From a virus (taxonomy: Duplodnaviria; Heunggongvirae; Uroviricota; Caudoviricetes): DNA of 10,347 nucleotides. A program made the position numbers and the translations under genes. The stretch lies in the IMG/VR virus record IMGVR_UViG_2529293213_000037. One strand, written 5' to 3'. The notes below the pieces were generated by a model. That model was not told where the DNA came from. It searched no databases and was given only the letters and a program-made list of their open reading frames with translations. Positions 1-5,030 of the stretch are shown piece after piece (positions within the stretch are counted from its first letter, which is position 1; each line of letters begins with the position of its first letter).

Positions 1-213
1 GGCAGGGCGGGGTATGCCGGGTTTATCCTCGCAGACAATAAATTTATAAGCGCAGTCCTGAGCTGCCGGGAATTGCTCCAGAAATTGCCAGTGAAATTTT
101 GCGCGTGCGCGACGCTCATCACCGGCTTCAATGGCAGTGGCCACCGCAACAGCGCTATCTTCTTTTATGGCCTGTTCGTCAGGAATAGCAGCGCAAATAA
201 AGATTTTACTCAT
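1..213 (-). CDS. Hypothetical protein, N-terminal 71 codons only; gene continues past the left edge of the window
   Basis: ATG at 213-211 on the minus strand opens a frame with no stop to position 1 (MSKIFICAAIPDEQAIKEDSAVAVATAIEAGDERRARAKFHWQFLEQFPAAQDCAYKFIVCEDKPGIPRPA...). GAGGT lies 9 nt upstream. By synteny it sits where ydfE sits downstream of ydfD in Qin-type operons, but I do not recognise the protein. Confidence 0.5.
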   Translation of the reverse strand, partial: MSKIFICAAIPDEQAIKEDSAVAVATAIEAGDERRARAKFHWQFLEQFPAAQDCAYKFIVCEDKPGIPRPA

Positions 214-306
214 TGTGTTTTAACCTCATTACAGATTTAAGGGTGAACAAATCCCTGCCATTGCTGGCATATAAAAATGAAACCGGATATTAATTACGGT
301 GCTGTT

Positions 307-498
307 TTAAAGTCCTGCCGGTATTTCGTTATTATTAGTGTGAGTAGTTTTATCTACCGGATAACAGTTACCGGGAATTTTTTGTTCTGCTGCTGCAGCC
401 ATGCATTCTTTCATTGAACCGTATAAGCCAGTCACCAGCTCAAGAGATTCGCCGGAAACAAGATAAACTGTCAGAACGAGTGCAAATGTTGTATTCAT
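307..498 (-). CDS. ydfD: Small membrane protein, YdfD-like (63 aa; Qin-type lysis protein family)
   Basis: 63-aa ORF with an N-terminal hydrophobic segment (TTFALVLTVYLVSG). Its ATG overlaps the stop of the upstream DicB-like gene (ATGA overlap at 495-498). AAGGA Shine-Dalgarno 8 nt upstream. Size and position immediately after dicB match YdfD from memory. Confidence 0.6.
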   Translation of the reverse strand: MNTTFALVLTVYLVSGESLELVTGLYGSMKECMAAAAEQKIPGNCYPVDKTTHTNNNEIPAGL

Positions 499-683
499 TG
501 TTTATATCCTTTTTGCAGCAGGTCCAGACGAGCCAGCATTGAAGGAATGCATACTTCATTTAACAGGTCCTGCTCGAGTTTTCTCTGCTTAATGGCGTCT
601 TCAATAAATGTTTTGTCTCCAGTGATAACGCCAATTTCGAAACGAAGTTCAGACGTGCTGGCATTACATGATAACTTTTCCAT
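495..683 (-). CDS. dicB: DicB-like cell-division inhibitor (62 aa, MinC-activating family)
   Basis: Internal ATG at 683-681 with GAGGA 7 nt upstream gives a 62-aa product (MEKLSCNASTSELRFEIGVITGDKTFIEDAIKQRKLEQDLLNEVCIPSMLARLDLLQKGYKQ) that matches DicB as I recall it (FEIGV, FxEDAIxKRK, SMLARL). The longer 98-aa ORF in the track has no RBS and is probably an upstream extension artefact. It lies about 180 bp downstream of the DicF-like RNA. Confidence 0.7.
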   Translation of the reverse strand: MEKLSCNASTSELRFEIGVITGDKTFIEDAIKQRKLEQDLLNEVCIPSMLARLDLLQKGYKQ

Positions 684-863
684 TATCGCGTCCTCAACAA
701 TGAATTTTGTGATGCGGTGCCTGGTGCCTCCAGGTGACGTTAACCAGTTAACAATTAACGCCGGATACAGAGCATTCTCGTTACTCAGCAAATGACCGCT
801 TTACCGATTTAACTGTTCCGCGTGCGCTGAGCCGCATTCACCGCATCACAAAATTCACTTTTA

Positions 864-920
864 AAAAAGGGCGGCAGAGCAGTTACGGAGTAAAACTGAT
901 ACCGCCAAATGTCACCAGAA
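864..920 (-). ncRNA. dicF: DicF-like small RNA (ftsZ-targeting sRNA of the dicB operon), including its intrinsic terminator
   Basis: The minus-strand sequence AUUCUGGUGACAUUUGGCGGUAUCAGUUUUACUCCGUAACUGCUCUGCCGCCCUUUUUU matches my recollection of DicF with about 3 mismatches. It ends in a GC-rich stem plus U-tract. Ends are approximate (+/- 3 nt). Confidence 0.7.
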
Positions 921-1256
921 TATTGATAACAGAGGGCGTTGCAGCGGGGTTGTCACTTAAGCGTATGGTCAACCTGACAACCCGGTGTCCTCAACGGGGA
1001 AAGAATAACCCCGCCATACTTACCGCCGCGCCATTTCGCGGATTGCCACAACCGGAAGCGCACGGTCGAATTAAATTTAACGACGGCTCTAAGGGAGAAG
1101 GACTTCGCCGTGCACTTTCGTGTTATGCCCTGACTTTTCAGGGATATATCCTTTCAGTAAACTGTCAGTGCCGGATTCTTATCTGTGTCCGGCGCACGAC
1201 CACACGTAGCAGCGTGTTGGTCTCCATTTTTAATTCAGCCCTTAATGGAGGATAAA

Positions 1257-1442
1257 ATGCCAAACAAACCATGCCCTGCCTGTAACGCTCTTTCTGGCTT
1301 TTTAGAGAAGGGCGGTTATTACATTTTTAACTGTCCAGAACATGTTGAATTTCATATATCAAAACTTGACAGTATCATTACAAAGCCAAATCAGTATCAG
1401 TCTGATTTACTGAATAAAGAGTTAAACGCCGCCCGAGATTAA
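1257..1442 (+). CDS. Small zinc-ribbon-like protein (61 aa; CxxC ... CxxH), encoded antisense within the dicB-type operon
   Basis: ATG at 1257 preceded by GGAGGA (4-nt spacer). Product MPNKPCPACNALSGFLEKGGYYIFNCPEHVEFHISKLDSIITKPNQYQSDLLNKELNAARD has a CPAC ... CPEH pattern typical of a zinc ribbon. Not recognised as a named gene. Confidence 0.4.
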   Translation: MPNKPCPACNALSGFLEKGGYYIFNCPEHVEFHISKLDSIITKPNQYQSDLLNKELNAARD

Positions 1443-1479
1443 GGGCGTAGTGGCCCATTAAAAATATTGCAAAGACCAA

Positions 1480-1632
1480 CTATTGTTGAACTGGATTAAA
1501 CCAGTAATTCTCTATTGCTCTTATTGTTACCATCGGATGATTGCCGGGGGTTATTTTAAGTTCGGGAGGAAAAGGCTCTCCATCAGCAGCCATCATTGAG
1601 TATGTGAAATCCGCCGACGCAGTCCCTTTCAT
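1480..1632 (-). CDS. Either a 50-aa translationally coupled small ORF or the C-terminal part of the frameshifted upstream gene
   Basis: ATG at 1632-1630 overlaps the upstream stop (ATGA). The same frame is open upstream back to about 1838 without an ATG, which suggests a fusion with 1629-2018 after a -1 shift. Product ...MKGTASADFTYSMMAADGEPFPPELKITPGNHPMVTIRAIENYWFNPVQQ. Confidence 0.35.
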   Translation of the reverse strand: MKGTASADFTYSMMAADGEPFPPELKITPGNHPMVTIRAIENYWFNPVQQ

Positions 1633-2018
1633 GATAATTCCGAATTTTTCAAGTAATGAGAGCAGTTCCGGTAATCCTGTGTCATCTGAATAACTTTCCT
1701 CATAGAAAGAAGCGATTGCCGCAGGAGATGACAGTTCTCGCTCTGCAATTTTTTTGTAGTTTTCCAGAATTCTTTTTTTGAATACTTTTCCTCGACATGA
1801 AAACCCATCACCGAGGCAATCCGCTTTGCAGTTTCTTCAGTATTCTGGTTGTTTGTTACCGAAACAGAGTACAATCCGGTAAACGCATCGCGCACATTAC
1901 GAGCCATATTATCAATGTATTTCTTCGTTGCAGATTCTAATTCAACTTCGTTCAGACGTTGGTGAAGTGCATGTGCTGCAATTTCCTGGATTTCTTTTAG
2001 TAAATCTTTAAATTCCAT
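1629..2018 (-). CDS. Hypothetical early-left operon protein at the ydfC position; annotated frame of 129 aa, but probably frameshifted at an A7 tract
   Basis: ATG at 2018 with GGAG 7 nt upstream. N-terminal part (MEFKDLLKEIQEIAAHALHQRLNEVELESATKKYIDNMARNVRDAFTGLYSV...) looks like real coding. After the A7 run (minus strand of 1773-1779) the annotated frame uses rare codons (AGG, CGG x2) while the -1 frame stays open to 1480 and reads more protein-like. Confidence 0.55.
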   Translation of the reverse strand: MEFKDLLKEIQEIAAHALHQRLNEVELESATKKYIDNMARNVRDAFTGLYSVSVTNNQNTEETAKRIASVMGFHVEEKYSKKEFWKTTKKLQSENCHLLRQSLLSMRKVIQMTQDYRNCSHYLKNSELS

Positions 2019-2029
2019 CTTTAACTCCG

Positions 2030-2158
2030 TTAGTCGTTAGATTTTGCCGAACTGGAAAGCGCCTGTTTAAACTCACTGAAGCTGAGAGCTTCCTCGCCTT
2101 CGGCAAGGCCTTCGAAGTATTCTTCGTAAGCCTTTTCCATGATTGTGTCGAAATCCAT
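2030..2158 (-). CDS. ydfB: YdfB-like small protein (42 aa)
   Basis: ATG at 2158-2156, one nt after the ydfA-like stop. Product MDFDTIMEKAYEEYFEGLAEGEEALSFSEFKQALSSSAKSND. Below the 60-aa cut-off of the ORF track. Size (42 aa) and position match YdfB of the Qin dicB operon. Confidence 0.5.
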   Translation of the reverse strand: MDFDTIMEKAYEEYFEGLAEGEEALSFSEFKQALSSSAKSND

Positions 2159-2159
2159 A

Positions 2160-2315
2160 TCACTCACCTGAGTTTCTTTCCAGCCAGCGACGGGCACCAT
2201 TTTCGGTTTTAAACGTTTTGCTTTTGGTATACGTCATCGCGGTGAATGTACCGTCCTGGTTGGGAAACACGCCGTACACCAGAGATTCGTTGTTGCCAAG
2301 ATCGATAGTATCCAT
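2160..2315 (-). CDS. ydfA: YdfA-like small protein (51 aa)
   Basis: ATG at 2315-2313 with GAGGT 4 nt upstream. Product MDTIDLGNNESLVYGVFPNQDGTFTAMTYTKSKTFKTENGARRWLERNSGE. First gene after the second operator/promoter. Size and position match YdfA. Confidence 0.6.
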   Translation of the reverse strand: MDTIDLGNNESLVYGVFPNQDGTFTAMTYTKSKTFKTENGARRWLERNSGE

Positions 2316-2501
2316 GTTGACCTCATTTCCCCTTAACGCCGGGTAGCGGAACAAAAACCTGCTGCATAGTTATTAAAGTTGAACCCTGCCGTCATGTTCA
2401 TACGCCTCGGGCTGGCTACTTACCCCCTGACCACTGCTTGGTAACTCGAAGTATTGCCCGGCGTTCTGTGGGGCGGGGTGGGTGGTTGGTGTATGTAATC
2501 T

Positions 2502-2540
2502 ACAATAAAAAACTGTTTTTGTGTCAACAGTTTTTAATTG
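2502..2540. promoter_or_regulatory. Operator-like palindrome (second copy) overlapping a consensus -35 TTGACA on the minus strand; candidate repressor-controlled promoter of the dicB-type operon
   Basis: ACAATAAAAAACTGTT-(spacer)-AACAGTTTTTAATTG. The left arm is identical over 16 nt to the site at 3537-3552. The revcomp of 2522-2527 is TTGACA. It lies just downstream of the ParE terminator and about 190 nt upstream of the ydfA-like gene. Confidence 0.5.
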
Positions 2541-2550
2541 TTGTTTTGGG

Positions 2551-2574
2551 CAAAAAAATCCCTCGAAAGAGGGA
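2551..2574 (-). terminator. Rho-independent terminator ending the repressor-antitoxin-toxin operon
   Basis: Minus-strand hairpin UCCCUC-UUUC-GAGGGA followed by U7 (revcomp of A2552-A2558), about 20 nt after the ParE stop. Confidence 0.55.
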
Positions 2575-2592
2575 GTATGAAAATTGTTCAAC

Positions 2593-2880
2593 TCAGATAG
2601 AGAAGGGAAATTGTCGCCGAGAATGTGTCACGCTTACAATCTCAATGCTTGAAGCAGCTACTCTGTACAGGATTATGTAGTTAGGGTGGGTCACGATCTC
2701 TCTCAATCCAGAAACCCGTTCGCTTGGTGGATATAAGTACGGATGCTCAGATAGAGGTAATACCGATGTTTCAATGCGTATTTTTAGTCTACGTGCTGCC
2801 GGTGGGTTCTCCTTGGCGATGTAAGTTATGATCTGGCGCAAATCATCGCGAGCAGACGGTAGCCATAAAATGGGTAACAT
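2593..2880 (-). CDS. parE: ParE/RelE-superfamily toxin (95 aa), type II toxin-antitoxin system
   Basis: Product MLPILWLPSARDDLRQIITYIAKENPPAARRLKIRIETSVLPLSEHPYLYPPSERVSGLREIVTHPNYIILYRVAASSIEIVSVTHSRRQFP... has the ParE-family hallmarks. Its start overlaps the stop of the upstream antitoxin gene by 1 nt (TAATG). Confidence 0.8.
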   Translation of the reverse strand: MLPILWLPSARDDLRQIITYIAKENPPAARRLKIRIETSVLPLSEHPYLYPPSERVSGLREIVTHPNYIILYRVAASSIEIVSVTHSRRQFPFSI

Positions 2881-3071
2881 TACTCGCTCTTGTTAGTTAC
2901 AGCAATTTGAGCAATAAGATTTTCCATTTCAGCCATTACCTCGTCATGTGGAATTGCGGGGCGAGTGTCTGCAAGGCTTGACGTTACTTTAGTGCGCAAC
3001 CATTCGTTGTAACTGTTTTCTTGTTCGGTAGTTTCGAATTCTGAAACTATCGGAGAAAGGGCTGTACCCAT
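2880..3071 (-). CDS. paaA: Antitoxin (63 aa) of the three-component ParE system, PaaA-like
   Basis: Product MGTALSPIVSEFETTEQENSYNEWLRTKVTSSLADTRPAIPHDEVMAEMENLIAQIAVTNKSE. GAGGAG Shine-Dalgarno 7 nt upstream. Sits 27 nt after the repressor stop and is directly coupled to the ParE gene. Size and sequence resemble the PaaA2 antitoxin from memory. Confidence 0.7.
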   Translation of the reverse strand: MGTALSPIVSEFETTEQENSYNEWLRTKVTSSLADTRPAIPHDEVMAEMENLIAQIAVTNKSE

Positions 3072-3098
3072 GGCATAACTCCTCTTCTTGTACTGTGG

Positions 3099-3500
3099 TC
3101 ACGCCCGGCGGCTTTTTTGTGCCGCCAGCCACCTAGCAATGGTTTCTTCCATTGATTTTTTCTTGTCTTTGATTTCTTGAAGCATTTTTTCTTGGTCTTC
3201 CTCAGGAAACGCACTAAAAGCTTGGAGCAGTTCGCGTTGGCGAGGACCAATTTTCATCGTGTCAGGGGTGAAAATTTGCTCACACTCTTCAGGAGGCAAT
3301 AAAAACCAATGCAATGGATGCCCTGAAACCTCAACCAGTTTATCCAAACTTGAGGCTTTAGGTGTAGCCTTACCGCTGACCCATTGTTGAACAGTTTGTT
3401 GTGTCACACCAATTCTACGGGCAAGCTCAGCCTGGCTCCATCCAGTTTCCTGAAGAAGCTTGCTGATTCTGTACATAGATACTTCTAGGGCGCTCATCAT
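3099..3500 (-). CDS. XRE-family HTH repressor (DicA/RacR/PaaR-like, 133 aa); probable prophage immunity repressor and regulator of the TA operon
   Basis: N-terminal HTH (QAELARRIGVTQQTVQQWVSG) and a C-terminal domain resembling DicA. Divergent from the Cro-like gene. No Shine-Dalgarno before the ATG, and a TAAAAT -10-like hexamer sits about 7 nt upstream, so it may be leaderless. Confidence 0.8.
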   Translation of the reverse strand: MMSALEVSMYRISKLLQETGWSQAELARRIGVTQQTVQQWVSGKATPKASSLDKLVEVSGHPLHWFLLPPEECEQIFTPDTMKIGPRQRELLQAFSAFPEEDQEKMLQEIKDKKKSMEETIARWLAAQKSRRA

Positions 3501-3608
3501 TATTCAATTTTACAGGTAAATACTGTTAAAAGCATCACAATAAAAAACTGTTGATTGCATACAGTTTTTTATTGTAGGTTTTGCTTATAGTTTTTAGAGG
3601 AGGGCAAA
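3501..3608. promoter_or_regulatory. Divergent promoter/operator region between the repressor and the Cro-like gene; perfect 14-bp inverted repeat at 3538-3574
   Basis: CAATAAAAAACTGT-(9 bp)-ACAGTTTTTTATTG is a perfect palindrome. TATAGT -10-like hexamer at 3586-3591 on the plus strand and TAAAAT on the minus strand. Confidence 0.6.
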
Positions 3609-3881
3609 ATGCTAGATAGCACTCGCGAAAAAATTAGGCAGAAATACACTCAGGCTGAAATAGGTCGTTATATGGGGGTCGCTCAACAGACTGTTTGGCA
3701 ATGGTTTAGCTTTGGCGTTCCCCCAAAGCAGGTAATTCCGTTATGCCAACTAATGAAGTGGGAAGTTACCCCGCATGAAATCCGCCCAGATATTTATCCT
3801 AACCCAACCGACGGTTTACCTGTTGGATGTAAGGTTAACACATCAAATGCGCCGGAGTTGATTCATGAAAATCAAGCATGA
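3609..3881 (+). CDS. ydaS: Cro/CI-type HTH protein, YdaS-like (90 aa)
   Basis: GAGGAGGG Shine-Dalgarno. HTH (QAEIGRYMGVAQQTVWQWF) followed by the WEVTPHEIRPDIYPNPTDG motif typical of the YdaS family. Overlaps the downstream gene by 17 nt. Confidence 0.75.
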   Translation: MLDSTREKIRQKYTQAEIGRYMGVAQQTVWQWFSFGVPPKQVIPLCQLMKWEVTPHEIRPDIYPNPTDGLPVGCKVNTSNAPELIHENQA

Positions 3882-4290
3882 ACACATCCGCATGGCGATG
3901 AATGCCTGGGCGCATCCGGACGGCGAAAAAGTACCGGCTGCGAAAATTACCAAAGCGTATTTCGAGCTGGGAATGACGTTCCCGGAACTGTATGACGACA
4001 GCCATCCGGAAGCCATGGCTCGCAATACTCAGAAAATTTTCCGCTGGGTGGAGAAAGACACTCCTGATGCGGTTAAAAAAATTCAGGCGTTGTTACCAGC
4101 GATCGAAAAAGCGATGCCGCCTCCGCTGGTGGCCCGAATGCGCAGCCACAGTTCCGCTTATTTTCGGGAGTTGGTAGAGACGAAGGAACGGCTGGTGAAA
4201 GATATTGATGATTTCGTTGCATCAGCGATCGTTCTGTTCGATCAGATGAATCGTGGTGGCCCGGCAGGAAACACTCTGGCTGTGCATTAA
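3865..4290 (+). CDS. ydaT: YdaT-like protein (141 aa), the partner of YdaS in Rac-type prophages
   Basis: Starts MKIKHEHI..., with GGAG 7 nt upstream. Co-oriented with and overlapping the ydaS-like gene. Family assignment is from memory. Confidence 0.65.
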   Translation: MKIKHEHIRMAMNAWAHPDGEKVPAAKITKAYFELGMTFPELYDDSHPEAMARNTQKIFRWVEKDTPDAVKKIQALLPAIEKAMPPPLVARMRSHSSAYFRELVETKERLVKDIDDFVASAIVLFDQMNRGGPAGNTLAVH

Positions 4291-4303
4291 TTGGGTAATA
4301 AAT

Positions 4304-4813
4304 ATGAGTAATGACAAAAAATTGACACTGAGCGTTTACGAAAACAGTCCGCACATCTGGCGTGGCGGTTTATCTGATGTGGAGCTGGCAGAGTGGTTGA
4401 TACATAAAGCTAATGCGCTGCTCTGGCGTTTGTCAGCCAGAGAACAGCGCAAGGAAACCAGAATAAAGCTGGCTGATGCAGAAGCGTGTGCCGGGCTTAT
4501 TGAGGATTATACAAATCTTGGTATTTCTTCAGCAGAGAGTGATCCCATTCAGCCTCTGAGCAGGGAGTCAATCCAGCACGCTGGTTGTATGGCACATCTT
4601 GTAACTGCTCGTCAACATGAGGTGGGTATTGGATCACTTCCGGCGGGATATTCGCTGATTCCAGAGCTGGTTGAAGCAAGAAAATCAGTTCAGAAAAAGA
4701 GAGATGACGCACTTCAATTATTGAGAGAGCACTATGGCGCGATACCAGAATGCGAACAGCGTCGATACCCTGAAGGTTATGAATGGATGCAGTCTCTTTT
4801 TGAAGTTCGCTAA
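4304..4813 (+). CDS. Hypothetical phage early protein (169 aa)
   Basis: Long ORF co-oriented with the operon, product MSNDKKLTLSVYENSPHIWRGGLSDVELAEWLIHKANALLWRL.... Weak Shine-Dalgarno. The track places the start at a GTG at 4253 that overlaps the ydaT-like gene; the ATG at 4304 is preferred. Confidence 0.55.
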   Translation: MSNDKKLTLSVYENSPHIWRGGLSDVELAEWLIHKANALLWRLSAREQRKETRIKLADAEACAGLIEDYTNLGISSAESDPIQPLSRESIQHAGCMAHLVTARQHEVGIGSLPAGYSLIPELVEARKSVQKKRDDALQLLREHYGAIPECEQRRYPEGYEWMQSLFEVR

Positions 4814-5030
4814 TCAATATGTCGAGACGAAGGTATGTTTCGGCGCGCAGCCAGGCTCTGTAATCCGGGAGCATTTCGGGGCTGTTACACCAGCGGTTTG
4901 TTGCTGCAACATTTAATACATGAGCCTGATAAAGGCTTTTCAAAAAATACATGTCGAACCTCCTCTGGTTCTGTCGATTGGGAACCACAGATTATATCCG
5001 GAGGAAGGTTCGGCACCAGATGAGGTAGCC

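Noticed and set aside
547-795. 82-aa plus-strand ORF and the 98-aa extended minus ORF over the DicB region
   Set aside because: The plus ORF is antisense to the DicB-like gene. The minus extension upstream of the internal ATG at 683 has no RBS and runs into the DicF terminator region. The 62-aa internal start fits DicB.
923-1255. 110-aa plus-strand ORF between DicF and the zinc-ribbon ORF
   Set aside because: No RBS and an Arg/Cys-rich, non-protein-like composition. The region is more likely the untranslated DicF precursor region on the other strand plus the promoter for the 1257 ORF.
2143-2680. Several plus- and minus-strand ORFs (2143-2346, 2373-2591, 2438-2680) around the ydfA-like gene and the second operator
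   Set aside because: They overlap better-supported minus-strand genes or cross the terminator/operator region; no RBS; implausible composition (for example Pro/His/Gln-rich).
4125-4132. Chi sequence GCTGGTGG on the plus strand
   Set aside because: A single octamer in 10 kb is about the expected background frequency for an E. coli-like genome; no clustering or special context.
3047-4354. Overlapping ORFs 3047-3250 (-), 3843-4025 (-), 3992-4177 (+) and 4073-4354 (-)
   Set aside because: All are alternative or shadow frames over the repressor, ydaS-like and ydaT-like genes; highly basic or Cys-rich products; no independent start signals.
4497-4988. 163-aa minus-strand ORF overlapping the 169-aa plus-strand gene and the gap before the initiator gene
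   Set aside because: Starts at a GTG with no RBS, is antisense to a co-oriented operon gene, and its composition (rich in L, S, R, H, P, Q) is typical of the reverse frame of real coding sequence. The plus-strand gene is preferred. Not fully excluded.
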